In this document: positions 1 through 10,617 of the stretch, one piece after another
How positions within the stretch are numbered: position 1 is the first letter of the stretch
How the letters are laid out: each line of letters begins with the position of its first letter
Sequence record: PZ452608.1
From: a phage
Reading direction: 5' to 3' (one strand)
Length of the DNA: 64,000 bases
Program-made: the position numbers and the translations under genes
Notes under the pieces: model-generated
What the model was told of the DNA's origin: nothing
Seen by the model: the letters and a program-made list of their open reading frames with translations, nothing else
The model's database searches: none

Positions 1-1602
1 ATGGACTTAAATGCTGTTAAGCAGAAGCGAGTGGAAGATGTTAGGAAAGTCCTAGCTGGAGAGTTGGGGCTTTCTGATGAAGTAAAAGAAATTATCAAAT
101 CATTCGGTAAAGACCCCTCTAAATTCCTTCCAACTCAAATTCTGACTTTATTAAGATACACACCAGACCAAGTTAGACTTATCTTCAAATTGATGACTGA
201 TAAGAATTATGTAGCCCCTCAGCCGGGTTCTCAAGAGGTCTTTTTAAATACTAATGCTGACTTGGTTCTCTATGGTGGTGCTGCTGGTGCTGGTAAAACT
301 GCTGCATTGTTAATGGATTCTTTAAGGTTTATTGAAGACCCTAACTATAATGCTGTATATTTCCGTCGAAATACAACACAGCTACAAGGTGGTTTATGGC
401 CTGCTGCAAAGAAACTATTTGGTAAGTTTGGTGGGGTTCCTCACGAGCAGAAAATGACCATCACATTCCCTTCTGGGGCAACTATCAAGTTTACCTACCT
501 AGAACTTGAAAAGCACGCTGAAGGTCATCAGGGTATTGAATACTCAGCTATTTACTTTGACGAAGGTACACACTTCTCTGCTTCACAGATTTCATACCTA
601 CAAACCCGTCTACGTTCTGGTGCTGAAGGTGATTCATACATGAAGATTTCCATGAACCCAGACAGAGACCACTTTATTTACGATTGGGTAGAGCCATTCT
701 TAGATGAAGAAGGCTATCCAGACCCTGAAAAATGTGGTCGTATTCGTTGGTATGTAATGAACGATGGTGTGATGGTTTCTGATTGGGAGAGAGACAAGAT
801 TCTTGAAATGTTCCCTCTTGAGATTCCTCAAACATACACCTTTATCTCTGGTACGATTGATGATAACCCAATCCTTGACTTCTTAGAGCCTAAGTACCGT
901 GGTAAGTTGGAAAACAACACCCCTGTAAACGTTGCAAGACTTCGTTTCGGTAACTGGAAGGCTCGTGCAGAAGGTTCAAACTATTGGCAAAGGCAATGGT
1001 GTGAGATTGTTGATTCACTCCCAGAAGATGTATTTGATGTTAGAGCATGGGACTTAGCAGCAACTTTACCATCTGAGATTAACCCTAATCCAGACTGGAC
1101 AGCAGGTGTTAAGATGGGTAAATCTAAAAAAGACGGTTGCTATTATATCATTGATGTAGTAAGATTTAGAGATAGACCCTCTGGAGTCGAAACACAAATT
1201 AATTTGACTGCTGAAAGTGACGGTAAGCGAACTGGTATTTTTATCCCTCAAGACCCAGGCGCTGCTGGTAAATCCTACGCAACATCCCTCATCAGGAAAC
1301 TTGCCGAGAAAGGTTATCGAGCAAGAGCCAAACCAACAAATAAAGATAAAGTTACCCGCTTTGCGGGATTTTCTGCTGCTTCTGAAGCTGGACTTGTAAA
1401 AGTCTTGAGAGGTAGTTGGAATGAAGCTTACTTTCAAGAACTTGAAGGCTTTTGTGGTGACGGCAAAACTAAAGATGACCAAGTGGATGCTACCAGTGAT
1501 GCTTTCAACAGTCTTAACGAAGTTAAATTATTCAAGCCACCATCAATGGGTGCTCACACAGATTTAGTGAGAGGAAACCCGTATGAGGGGCTTAGACGTT
1601 GA
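1..1602 (+). CDS. Terminase large subunit (TerL); true start may lie upstream of the window
   Basis: Walker A P-loop LVLYGGAAGAGKTAALL near N-terminus; acidic C-terminal nuclease-like half; directly followed by a portal-sized gene. Confidence 0.85.
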   Translation: MDLNAVKQKRVEDVRKVLAGELGLSDEVKEIIKSFGKDPSKFLPTQILTLLRYTPDQVRLIFKLMTDKNYVAPQPGSQEVFLNTNADLVLYGGAAGAGKTAALLMDSLRFIEDPNYNAVYFRRNTTQLQGGLWPAAKKLFGKFGGVPHEQKMTITFPSGATIKFTYLELEKHAEGHQGIEYSAIYFDEGTHFSASQISYLQTRLRSGAEGDSYMKISMNPDRDHFIYDWVEPFLDEEGYPDPEKCGRIRWYVMNDGVMVSDWERDKILEMFPLEIPQTYTFISGTIDDNPILDFLEPKYRGKLENNTPVNVARLRFGNWKARAEGSNYWQRQWCEIVDSLPEDVFDVRAWDLAATLPSEINPNPDWTAGVKMGKSKKDGCYYIIDVVRFRDRPSGVETQINLTAESDGKRTGIFIPQDPGAAGKSYATSLIRKLAEKGYRARAKPTNKDKVTRFAGFSAASEAGLVKVLRGSWNEAYFQELEGFCGDGKTKDDQVDATSDAFNSLNEVKLFKPPSMGAHTDLVRGNPYEGLRR

Positions 1603-1618
1603 TAGCTAGGTGAGAAGA

Positions 1619-3085
1619 ATGGCAGATATTACAGAAACACAAGAAAGCTTACCACCATTTAGAATGGGTGAAGTAGGTTCTTTGGGTCTGAAGGTTAAGA
1701 ATGGAAGAATCTATGAAGAACCTCGTCAGGCACTAAGGTTCCCTGAAAGTATTAAAACTTTCCAATTAATGATGCGTGACCCTGCTGTAGCAGCATCTGT
1801 AAATATTATTAAGATGTTTGTCAGAAAAGTCAACTGGAGATTCGTACCTCCAAAGGGAAAAGAGCAAGACCCTAAAATGCTTGAAAGAGCAGACTTCTTT
1901 AATTCTTTAATGGATGACATGGAGCATGATTGGGCAGATTTTATTAATTCTGTAATGTCATTCTGCACTTATGGGTTCTGTGTTAACGAGAAAGTTTATA
2001 AGAAGCGTCAGGGTAAAAAAGGAAAGTACCAGTCTAAATTTGATGATGGTCTAATTGGATGGGCTAAATTACCAATCAGAAACCAATCAACACTTGATAA
2101 GTGGTATTTTGACGAAGACTTTAGAAAAGTTACAGGTGTTAGGCAGAATCTGAGAAATGTTTCACATATTGCTGGAGCAATTAATCTCGGAGAAAGACCA
2201 CTAACAAGAAAACTTCCACGAGCTAAATTCATGCTGTTCAAGTATGACGATGAATATGGAAATCCAGAAGGTCGTTCACCATTACTTAATGCTTATGTAC
2301 CGTGGAAGTATAAAGTACAGATTGAAGAGTATGAAGCTGTTGGTGTTTCAAGAGACTTGGTAGGTATGCCAAAGATTGGTTTACCACCAGATTATCTGGA
2401 TGAAAATGCAGAACCTGAAAAGAAAGCTTTCGTACAATACTGCAAAACTGTTGTCAACGATATGATTGCTAATGACAGAGCAGGTTTAATCTGGCCTAGA
2501 TATATCGACCCAGATACTAAAGAGGATATTTTCGAGTTCTCATTAGTTTCTAGACAGGGTGCTAAAGCATACGATACAGGTTCTATTATTGACAGATATT
2601 CCAAGCAGATTATGATGGCATTTATGTCAGATGTTCTTGCTATGGGTCAGTCAAAATACGGTTCATTCTCTCTTGCAGATTCTAAGACAAGCTTATTAGC
2701 GATGTCAGTAGATATTCTGCTGAAGCAAATTAAGAACGTAATTAACCGTGACTTAGTTGCACAGACTTATGCTCTTAATATGTGGGATGATGAAGAACAT
2801 GTACAAATCACATATGATGATATCGAAACTCCAGACCTTGAAGCAATTGGTTCTTATATCCAGAAGACTGTTGCAGTAGGTGCTTTGGAAGTTGACAAAG
2901 AGCTATCTAACAAACTTAGAGAGCATATTGGTCTTCCTCCTGCTGATGAGTCTCAGCCAGTATCTGAAAAGCTTTCTCCAAATAGCCAAAGCCGTTCAGG
3001 AGATGGTTATAAGACCGCTGGAGAAGGTACTGCAAAGACACCTTCAGCGAAAGACCCAAGCACAGCAAATAAGGCAAATAAATAA
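1619..3085 (+). CDS. Portal protein (candidate)
   Basis: 489 aa ORF immediately after TerL; ATG at 1619 preceded by AGGTGA RBS (track start 1610 is GTG); acidic and Gly-rich C-terminus. Confidence 0.6.
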   Translation: MADITETQESLPPFRMGEVGSLGLKVKNGRIYEEPRQALRFPESIKTFQLMMRDPAVAASVNIIKMFVRKVNWRFVPPKGKEQDPKMLERADFFNSLMDDMEHDWADFINSVMSFCTYGFCVNEKVYKKRQGKKGKYQSKFDDGLIGWAKLPIRNQSTLDKWYFDEDFRKVTGVRQNLRNVSHIAGAINLGERPLTRKLPRAKFMLFKYDDEYGNPEGRSPLLNAYVPWKYKVQIEEYEAVGVSRDLVGMPKIGLPPDYLDENAEPEKKAFVQYCKTVVNDMIANDRAGLIWPRYIDPDTKEDIFEFSLVSRQGAKAYDTGSIIDRYSKQIMMAFMSDVLAMGQSKYGSFSLADSKTSLLAMSVDILLKQIKNVINRDLVAQTYALNMWDDEEHVQITYDDIETPDLEAIGSYIQKTVAVGALEVDKELSNKLREHIGLPPADESQPVSEKLSPNSQSRSGDGYKTAGEGTAKTPSAKDPSTANKANK

Positions 3086-3585
3086 TGGCTGAAGTTATCT
3101 CTATTTCAAATGCTACACGAGTGCATTCGTATAGAGGTGTTCTTATTATCACTGACAAATTATCTGTAGAGGCTGGTTCAAGGGTCAGCCTTTCAGGTTA
3201 TGTAAGTGATGGTGAAACCTCTGACGTTTTCACTATTTGCAGGTTACTTGATGCTCCAATGAGTGGAAAACCGTTTATTTCAGGAAATTGTAGTGAAATT
3301 GTTAAAATTCCATTTGACAGTTCATGCCTTTTGGGTGTAAAGTTATATAACTGCGAGAATAAACGTATCAATGTTAATAGCATTGAAGCCGCTTTCATTA
3401 CCCTCGACACTGCATTTCAATCTCCAATGACAGTTAATAAAGAAACAAACAGACTTGAATACATTTTTTCACAAAATGATTACAAAGTACTTGTCAAAGG
3501 CAAAGTATATGATATGATTGTAAATGTGGTAGATGAATCTGGTAACCATTCAACAGTCCTTAAACAAAAAGTAAGGTTTAATTAA
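3085..3585 (+). CDS. Hypothetical head-module protein
   Basis: ORF between portal and prohead protease, start codon abuts portal stop. Confidence 0.5.
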   Translation: MAEVISISNATRVHSYRGVLIITDKLSVEAGSRVSLSGYVSDGETSDVFTICRLLDAPMSGKPFISGNCSEIVKIPFDSSCLLGVKLYNCENKRINVNSIEAAFITLDTAFQSPMTVNKETNRLEYIFSQNDYKVLVKGKVYDMIVNVVDESGNHSTVLKQKVRFN

Positions 3586-3917
3586 TGGGAACATTAACTA
3601 TTGATGGTAAGAATAAAATCCTCGCCACGCTAACCCCAACGACTATTATTTTACACAATGTAGACCCAACGGCAGACCCTACAGCAAATAAGGTTACTCA
3701 GCCAGTGGCTATTTATTTTTCTGAACCGGATAACGGCTTAATTGCCTCAGAAGACACAGTTAATATTACTGTTCCAGCTTCTGCAACGGTCTCACACTAT
3801 AGCTTGTGGGATGCTAACGATAAATGCGTGGCAACTGGTGCTCTTAGCAAACCTCAATTCTTTGCTGAAGAAGGTATTTATGTTATCTCTTCAGTCTCTG
3901 TAGATTTAAACAAATAG
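3585..3917 (+). CDS. Hypothetical head-module protein
   Basis: ORF with ATG overlapping the upstream stop; same strand and operon as head genes. Confidence 0.5.
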   Translation: MGTLTIDGKNKILATLTPTTIILHNVDPTADPTANKVTQPVAIYFSEPDNGLIASEDTVNITVPASATVSHYSLWDANDKCVATGALSKPQFFAEEGIYVISSVSVDLNK

Positions 3918-3928
3918 GGTGAGTAAAA

Positions 3929-5275
3929 ATGAGTTCGAATATCTTCAGACTTGCTGATAGATTATTCAACCAACCTTTACTAGCCACTGAATCATTAGCT
4001 CACTCAGCAGCAACTTATGTGAATAACAGATTGCTGGGTGATGTCCAAGCAGCAGTAAACTTTGATAAACCCAAAGGTGAAGCAAGAAGTCTTTTAAAAG
4101 TAAAAGATGACATTGCTATTATCCCTATTATGGGTGGTTTAACTCATCGTATGACGTTCATTGATGCAATGTGTACAGGTGGATTAAGCTCTTATGAGGG
4201 TTTACGTAGAGGCTTTGACGAAGCTTTAGCAGATGAGTCAATCAAGACTATTGTTCTGCATATTGATTCTGGTGGTGGTGAAGCTTCAGGTTGCTTTGAA
4301 TTAGCACGTCACATTATGGCTTCAAGAGGCCAAAAGAAAATTATTGCTTATGTAGATGAGTTCGCTTGTTCCGCTGCATACGCTCTTGCATCTTCTGCTG
4401 AAGAAATTATTGCATCACCAGATGCAGATGTTGGTTCTATTGGTGTAATCATGGTTCATCAGGAATTAACTAAGGCATTTGAAAAGAATGGCGTAACAAT
4501 TAACGTCATCAAAGCTGGTGAGTTTAAAGGTATGGGTTCACCATTCCAAGCACTCTCAGAAGAAAGCAAAGAAAGACTTCAAAAGAGAATTAATGATACC
4601 TACGCAACCTTTACAGGTTTTGTAGCCGAATCTCGTAATCTCTCTGAAGAAGCTGTAAAGAATACTGAGGCGAATGTTTATTCTGCTCAGGAAGCTCTTG
4701 AACTTGGTTTAATTAACTCAATCATGTCTCAAGATGATTTCTTAAATTACTTACAAGGTTCTGAAGAGGCTCCTGTAAGTTTAAACGTTAACAATTCAGG
4801 TGAAGAAATGACTGAACAAGAAAAGCAAGAACTAGAGGCTTTGCGTCTTCAGGTTGCTCAAATGAAAGCCAAAGAACAGGAAGCTGCTTTGTCAGATTTG
4901 ACTAATAAGATTTCTGCTTCTGCTGAAGCTTTTGGATTTGATGCAAAAGAAGCTGCAACGACTATTTTAGGTGCTGGTCTTGATAACCCTCTGAGTGTTC
5001 TGTTTATGAATGCTATGGAAGGTGCTAACCAGAAACTTAATGAAACTATCGCGTCCCATGCTTCTGCAATGGAAGAAAAAGAATCAGAAATTACCAAGCT
5101 GAAAGAAACTGCTGGTGCTGTTCTTGAGCATTCTAATGCTATGGAAGAAATGGGTAATAACGGTGAAGCTGATTTGGTTGAAGAAGAAAAAGAACCAGCT
5201 AAGAATGCTTCCGAAGACACCGCTGAACAACGCAAACTGGCTCTCCAGAATGCTCTAAAATCTCTTATCAAATAA
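3929..5275 (+). CDS. Prohead protease of S49/ClpP fold (lambda gpC-like) fused to coiled-coil scaffold-like C-terminus
   Basis: Motifs IVLHIDSGGGEASGCFE and SAAYALASSAEEIIASPDADVGSIGV typical of S49 peptidases; C-terminal half Ala/Glu/Lys-rich coiled coil; sits before decoration and capsid genes. Confidence 0.75.
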   Translation: MSSNIFRLADRLFNQPLLATESLAHSAATYVNNRLLGDVQAAVNFDKPKGEARSLLKVKDDIAIIPIMGGLTHRMTFIDAMCTGGLSSYEGLRRGFDEALADESIKTIVLHIDSGGGEASGCFELARHIMASRGQKKIIAYVDEFACSAAYALASSAEEIIASPDADVGSIGVIMVHQELTKAFEKNGVTINVIKAGEFKGMGSPFQALSEESKERLQKRINDTYATFTGFVAESRNLSEEAVKNTEANVYSAQEALELGLINSIMSQDDFLNYLQGSEEAPVSLNVNNSGEEMTEQEKQELEALRLQVAQMKAKEQEAALSDLTNKISASAEAFGFDAKEAATTILGAGLDNPLSVLFMNAMEGANQKLNETIASHASAMEEKESEITKLKETAGAVLEHSNAMEEMGNNGEADLVEEEKEPAKNASEDTAEQRKLALQNALKSLIK

Positions 5276-5286
5276 GGAACACAATA

Positions 5287-5664
5287 ATGGCATATCAAGG
5301 TTTTACTAAGTTAGGTAACAGAGAACCTCTGAATGATATCATTCTTTGGGAACAGATTACCCCAACAGGCCACTCTCGTAAAGAGTACACTCCAGTTGCT
5401 TCAACAGAATACCGTGTAGGTGAAGTTCTGAAAGCAGATGGTACTAAGGTACAAGCTGGAGAAGAAGCCCAAGCAGACTCTGTATGTATCGTTAATTTCT
5501 ACGCAGACCTGCAACTGTCTTATCATGGTCAGTTGAAAGTGGTAGGTATCCACCGTGATGCAGAACTGAAAGACCTGCTTACTCTTGAAGCGAGCGTTGA
5601 TGCTGCTGCCGTCAAGACAGCTCTGGCTGCTAAAGGTATTGATTTCGTACCAACTGGCCTGTAA
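5287..5664 (+). CDS. Head decoration protein (gpD-like, candidate)
   Basis: 125 aa ORF directly upstream of the major capsid gene, lambda-like order; host-optimal codon usage (ctg, cgt, ggt). Confidence 0.5.
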   Translation: MAYQGFTKLGNREPLNDIILWEQITPTGHSRKEYTPVASTEYRVGEVLKADGTKVQAGEEAQADSVCIVNFYADLQLSYHGQLKVVGIHRDAELKDLLTLEASVDAAAVKTALAAKGIDFVPTGL

Positions 5665-5697
5665 TAACAATAATAAGACATTCTGGAGAATTTTACA

Positions 5698-6804
5698 ATG
5701 TTGACTAATTCTGAAAAAAGCAGATTTTTCCTTGCTGACCTGACTGGTGAAGTCCAGTCTATCCCAAATACTTATGGGTATATTTCCAACTTAGGTCTGT
5801 TCCGTTCAGCACCAATCACCCAAACTACTTTCCTTATGGACTTGACTGATTGGGATGTTAGCTTGCTTGATGCGGTAGACCGCGATAGCCGTAAAGCAGA
5901 GACTAGCGCACCTGAGCGTGTTCGTCAAATCAGCTTCCCAATGATGTACTTCAAAGAAGTTGAAAGCATTACTCCTGATGAGATTCAGGGTGTACGTCAG
6001 CCAGGAACTGCAAACGAACTGACTACTGAAGCTGTAGTACGTGCTAAGAAGCTGATGAAGATTCGTACCAAGTTCGATATTACTCGTGAGTTCCTGTTTA
6101 TGCAAGCTCTGAAGGGTAAAGTTGTTGATGCTCGTGGTACTCTGTATGCTGACCTGTACAAGCAGTTCGACGTTGAGAAGAAGACTGTTTACTTCGACCT
6201 TGACAACCCTAATGCTGACATTGATGCTGCTATTGAAGAACTGCGTATGCACATGGAAGACGAAGCTAAGACTGGCACTGTAATCAACGGTGAAGAAATT
6301 CACGTAGTTGTTGACCGCTTATTCTTCAGCAAACTGGTTAAACACCCTAAGATTCGTGACGCTTATCTTGCACAGCAGACTCCGCTGGCTTGGCAACAGA
6401 TTACTGGTTCTCTGAGAACTGGTGGTACTGACGGCGTTCAGGCTCACATGAACACTTTCTACTACGGTGGTGTTAAGTTTGTCCAGTACAACGGTAAGTT
6501 CAAAGACAAGCGTGGTAAGGTTCACACTCTGGTGAGCATTGATAGTGTAGCAGCAACTGTTGGTGTAGGTCATGCTTTCCCTAACGTTTCTATGCTGGGT
6601 GAAGCTAACAACATCTTCGAAGTGGCATATGGTCCATGCCCTAAGATGGGTTATGCAAATACACTTGGTCAGGAACTGTACGTATTCGAATACGAAAAAG
6701 ACCGTGACGAAGGTATTGACTTTGAAGCTCACTCTTACATGCTGCCATACTGCACACGTCCTCAGTTGCTGGTAGACGTTCGTTCTGACGCTAAACCAGA
6801 CTAA
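5698..6804 (+). CDS. Major capsid protein (lambda gpE-like, candidate)
   Basis: 368 aa ORF after decoration gene, strong RBS GGAGAA, markedly host-optimal codon usage consistent with very high expression. Confidence 0.7.
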   Translation: MLTNSEKSRFFLADLTGEVQSIPNTYGYISNLGLFRSAPITQTTFLMDLTDWDVSLLDAVDRDSRKAETSAPERVRQISFPMMYFKEVESITPDEIQGVRQPGTANELTTEAVVRAKKLMKIRTKFDITREFLFMQALKGKVVDARGTLYADLYKQFDVEKKTVYFDLDNPNADIDAAIEELRMHMEDEAKTGTVINGEEIHVVVDRLFFSKLVKHPKIRDAYLAQQTPLAWQQITGSLRTGGTDGVQAHMNTFYYGGVKFVQYNGKFKDKRGKVHTLVSIDSVAATVGVGHAFPNVSMLGEANNIFEVAYGPCPKMGYANTLGQELYVFEYEKDRDEGIDFEAHSYMLPYCTRPQLLVDVRSDAKPD

Positions 6805-6825
6805 TATTCTTAAGGAGGGTTATGA

Positions 6826-7275
6826 ATGTGCTATACAGGCGACCCAGCCAATAACCCTCTTGATAGAGTAAGAATCCTCTGCACAGACACCAATAATGAT
6901 GAAATTCTTATTGAACAGTCTGTGCTAGAGTGGTTCTATCTAGAATCTGGAAAGGATGAAAAGAAAGCAGCCATCAAAGCTCTTAAATATTTACTCTTTC
7001 AAGTAGCCAAGATGGGAGATGAGAAGGTTGGTGGTGTTTATTTACGTAACTCTTCCAGATTCAAATCTCTGAAAGCTGTTTATGACGACCTTGTTAAAAG
7101 CTCTGTTTCAGGACTACCCTATGCAGGTGGTATTAATCAGTGCGACATTGATATGCGTCGTCAAAATCCTTGCTCTGTCAAGAAATACACAGAATATGGT
7201 GATGCTGCCAGATACGAAGGCAGAGATTACTGCAACCGTGTTAATGGCGTATTTATTATCGAGCGAGATGAATAA
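6826..7275 (+). CDS. Hypothetical head-tail joining protein
   Basis: ORF with AAGGAGGG RBS between capsid and tail genes. Confidence 0.5.
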   Translation: MCYTGDPANNPLDRVRILCTDTNNDEILIEQSVLEWFYLESGKDEKKAAIKALKYLLFQVAKMGDEKVGGVYLRNSSRFKSLKAVYDDLVKSSVSGLPYAGGINQCDIDMRRQNPCSVKKYTEYGDAARYEGRDYCNRVNGVFIIERDE

Positions 7276-7757
7276 TGGTTAAAAGGGTTATTCACCCCGC
7301 TAGAGCAAAATTAGTCGGGGCTATGAAGAACTTGCAAACGGCTAATGCTCAAGTTGGGTATTTTCAAGAACAAGGTCAACATAGCTCTGGTTTTTCTTAT
7401 CCTGCTTTAATGTATTTACAAGAAGTTATTGGGGTTCCTTCAGCTTCTGGTAAAGTATATCGTAGGTTGTTTGAAATCACTATGATGCTAAACAGACAGA
7501 CCTTGTTAGAGCAGACTAAGAAGAATCTCTATAAGCAACTTAGCAGTCTCAACACAGACCCTTCAAATACTTTAGAAGCATTTGCAAAGAATGCTCAGAA
7601 GGCAATTAAAAGGGGTTTTGGTAATTCTGCTATCCTCCCTCCTAACGCACCTTCCACAGTCAAGAAAAAAGGCTTTAACGCACCTCTTGTTGAGACAGGT
7701 GACTTAAGAGATAACCTTGCTTATAAAATTTCTACTAAGAAGGGTATTAAGAAATGA
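7275..7757 (+). CDS. Hypothetical head-tail joining protein
   Basis: ORF in the neck region, start overlaps upstream stop. Confidence 0.5.
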   Translation: MVKRVIHPARAKLVGAMKNLQTANAQVGYFQEQGQHSSGFSYPALMYLQEVIGVPSASGKVYRRLFEITMMLNRQTLLEQTKKNLYKQLSSLNTDPSNTLEAFAKNAQKAIKRGFGNSAILPPNAPSTVKKKGFNAPLVETGDLRDNLAYKISTKKGIKK

Positions 7758-8155
7758 GACTCTTAAACAGACACAGCTTTGTAGTAAAGCGTAAAGTCTC
7801 TGAAGACGGTTATTACAATGATGATGGTGATTGGGTAGCTTCACAAGATATTGTAGAGGTTAACTGCAAAGGTAATATCCAGCCATATATCAAAGGTTCT
7901 GTAAAGAACGGTACACAGATTGCTTTACCGGAAGGTATCAGGCTTACCGATACAAGAATCCTGTATACTACATATAAACTTAGAACTTCAGATGATGTAG
8001 AGTGGAATGAGTCTGACATTGTTATGATTGATGGTCATGAGTATGAAGTATTTATGACTATGGATTGGTCACAGCAATTAGCCCATACGTCCCATTATGA
8101 ATATATCATTATTAGAAGGGATAAAATGAATGCAGTTAGAAACAGCAGAACTTGA
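7754..8155 (+). CDS. Hypothetical neck/tail completion protein
   Basis: ORF with ATGA overlap to upstream gene. Confidence 0.5.
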   Translation: MRLLNRHSFVVKRKVSEDGYYNDDGDWVASQDIVEVNCKGNIQPYIKGSVKNGTQIALPEGIRLTDTRILYTTYKLRTSDDVEWNESDIVMIDGHEYEVFMTMDWSQQLAHTSHYEYIIIRRDKMNAVRNSRT

Positions 8156-8729
8156 AAAAGGTCTAGTTAGAACCTTAGTGGATGTTATTGGTCACAGACT
8201 AGCTCGTGATAAAAATAATAGACCAAATGTAATTAGAGCTTACCCTTCTGATAACTCAAATGACAAAGGTTTAAAACCTGACCAGCCATTTATTACCGTA
8301 TATTGTCAAGATGCTGCAACACCTTATGGTTGGGTTCTTGATAAGTTTGTTGAGGATGATGTAGTTTGCTACAGAATTGCTTTTCAGATTCCAGTATTAA
8401 TTACGGTAAATGGTAAAGGTGCTCACAGTATTATGCTTGAGCTTAAACAACGATTAGAGATGAGTTCAGTCAGAGATTTAATTCTTGAAGAGACAGGAGC
8501 TACAGTTTTAGACACTGGAGCTATCCCGAATGACTATACCTATCTCAATACAGATTTCGAAAATTCTGCGCCTCTTGTTGTAACTCTTGTAAAAAATTCA
8601 GTCCTGAAAGATGAACGTGGGGGAATTATTGAACGTGTCATTGTTGATGGTGAATTAGTTTACGAAGAAGGACAAGAGCCACCAGAATATACTATCCATC
8701 TAGATGTAGACTCCAAAGGGGTAAAATAA
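8130..8729 (+). CDS. Hypothetical tail completion protein
   Basis: ORF preceding sheath-sized gene. Confidence 0.5.
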   Translation: MQLETAELEKGLVRTLVDVIGHRLARDKNNRPNVIRAYPSDNSNDKGLKPDQPFITVYCQDAATPYGWVLDKFVEDDVVCYRIAFQIPVLITVNGKGAHSIMLELKQRLEMSSVRDLILEETGATVLDTGAIPNDYTYLNTDFENSAPLVVTLVKNSVLKDERGGIIERVIVDGELVYEEGQEPPEYTIHLDVDSKGVK

Positions 8730-10082
8730 ATGTGGAATCCAATTGTTAATGTAGATATTACATTGAACACCGCAGGAACTACAAGAGAAGGTTTTGGGCT
8801 ACCACTATTTTTAGCTTCAACAGATAACTTTGAAGAAAGAGTCCGTGGTTACACTTCCTTAACTGAAGTTGCTGAAGATTTCGATGAAAACTCTGCTGCA
8901 TATAAGGCTGCTAAACAACTTTGGAGTCAGACTCCTAAAGTAACTCAGCTTTATATTGGTAGACGTGCTATGCAGTACACTGTATCAATTCCTGATGAGG
9001 TTACTGAGAGCACCGACTATTCTTTAACTGTAGCTGTGAGCGGTGGAGTTTCTCAGCCATTCCAGTACACTTCACAGTCAGAAGATACTGCTGAGAAGGT
9101 GCTACAGCAGCTTAAAACTCAGATTGAAGCAGAGCCTTCTGTAAAAGACCTTGTTACCGTCAATGTAACTGGTGCTGGTGGTTCAGCAACAATGGTAATC
9201 ACCAAAGCGGGTGACAATGACTTCGTGAAGGTTACCACTACAGCACAAACAGTGTCAATTGCAAGTACAACTGCTGACACAGCATCGACTGCTCTGGCAG
9301 CTATTGAGGCTTATTCAACTGACTGGTATTTCATTGCAGCAGAAGATAGAACTCAACAGTTTGTCTTAGCAATGGCTTCTGAGATTCAAGCTCGTAAGAA
9401 GATTTTCTTTACAGCTAACTCTGATGTAACAGCCCTACAAGGTACAGAATTAGCCAGTGCAAATGATGTTCCAGCACAGCTTGCTAAGAGTCAGTACACT
9501 CGTACCGTTTGCTTGTGGCATCACACAGCAGCAGAAGACTATCCAGAAATGGCATACATTGCTTATGGCGCTCCGTATGATGCAGGTTCAATTGCTTGGG
9601 GTAACGCACAGTTAACTGGCGTAGCTGCTTCTCTACAGCCATCTAATCAGAGACCTCTGACAAGTATTCAGAAGTCAGCTTTAGATGCACGTCACTGTAA
9701 CTTTATTGACCTTGATGGTGGTGTTCCAGTGGTTCGTAGAGGGATTACTTCTGGTGGGGAATGGATTGATATCATCCGTGGTGTTGACTGGTTAGAATCA
9801 GACCTGAAAACTTCTCTGAGAGACTTGCTAATTAACCAGAAGGGTGGTAAGATTACTTATGATGATACTGGTATTACCCGTATTCGTCAAGTCATTGAAA
9901 CCTCTCTGCAAAGAGCAGTCAACAGAAACTTCCTGTCATCTTACACAGTTAATGTTCCTAAAGCCTCTCAAGTTGCTTTGGCAGACAAGAAAGCTCGTAT
10001 CCTGAAAGACGTTACCTTCTCAGGTATCTTAGCAGGGGCTATCTTGGATGTTGACTTGAAAGGTACAGTGGCTTACGAATAA
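8730..10082 (+). CDS. Tail sheath protein (candidate)
   Basis: 450 aa ORF followed by a 148 aa tube-sized ORF and a strong terminator; position in contractile-tail module. Confidence 0.5.
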   Translation: MWNPIVNVDITLNTAGTTREGFGLPLFLASTDNFEERVRGYTSLTEVAEDFDENSAAYKAAKQLWSQTPKVTQLYIGRRAMQYTVSIPDEVTESTDYSLTVAVSGGVSQPFQYTSQSEDTAEKVLQQLKTQIEAEPSVKDLVTVNVTGAGGSATMVITKAGDNDFVKVTTTAQTVSIASTTADTASTALAAIEAYSTDWYFIAAEDRTQQFVLAMASEIQARKKIFFTANSDVTALQGTELASANDVPAQLAKSQYTRTVCLWHHTAAEDYPEMAYIAYGAPYDAGSIAWGNAQLTGVAASLQPSNQRPLTSIQKSALDARHCNFIDLDGGVPVVRRGITSGGEWIDIIRGVDWLESDLKTSLRDLLINQKGGKITYDDTGITRIRQVIETSLQRAVNRNFLSSYTVNVPKASQVALADKKARILKDVTFSGILAGAILDVDLKGTVAYE

Positions 10083-10097
10083 TAGAGGTAAATTGGA

Positions 10098-10544
10098 ATG
10101 GCTATGTATCAGCAATATTCCCCTAAAGACGTTGTGTGTAGCTGGAATGGTATTGCCATTGAAGGCTTTGCCCCAGACTCATTCTTACGTCTACAGAGAA
10201 CATCACCACTTGTGACACCAGTTGTAGGTGCAGGTGGTCAAGTTGCTCTGACAAGAAATGCAGACAAGACAGGTACTATTGAGATTGAGCTAATGCAGAC
10301 TTCTCTCTCTAACCAGATGCTTTCTGCAATTCAAGCTAAACAAGACAATATGGAACTTGAAGAAGATATCTCTTCTAACTTCGTAATCTACGACCCATCA
10401 GGCTCTGTTCTGGCAACTGGTATTAATGCTTGGTTGCAGGAATTACCACAGATTGAACTTGGTCGTGACCAGAACTCTAAAACTTGGATTTTTGGTTGTG
10501 AGAAGCTAGACTACACTTCTACAATTCCAGCGTCAAGTGTTTAA
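10098..10544 (+). CDS. Tail tube protein (candidate)
   Basis: 148 aa ORF after sheath candidate, followed by intrinsic terminator. Confidence 0.5.
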   Translation: MAMYQQYSPKDVVCSWNGIAIEGFAPDSFLRLQRTSPLVTPVVGAGGQVALTRNADKTGTIEIELMQTSLSNQMLSAIQAKQDNMELEEDISSNFVIYDPSGSVLATGINAWLQELPQIELGRDQNSKTWIFGCEKLDYTSTIPASSV

Positions 10545-10554
10545 TAAATCCTAT

Positions 10555-10590
10555 AAGGGGGAGACTTTAAAAGGTCTTCCCCTTTTTTGT
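10555..10590 (+). terminator. Rho-independent terminator after tube gene
   Basis: Stem AAGGGGGAGAC / GTCTTCCCCTT followed by TTTTTTGTTT. Confidence 0.7.
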
Positions 10591-10617
10591 TTCTTTTAAA
10601 AGTATTAAGGAATCACA

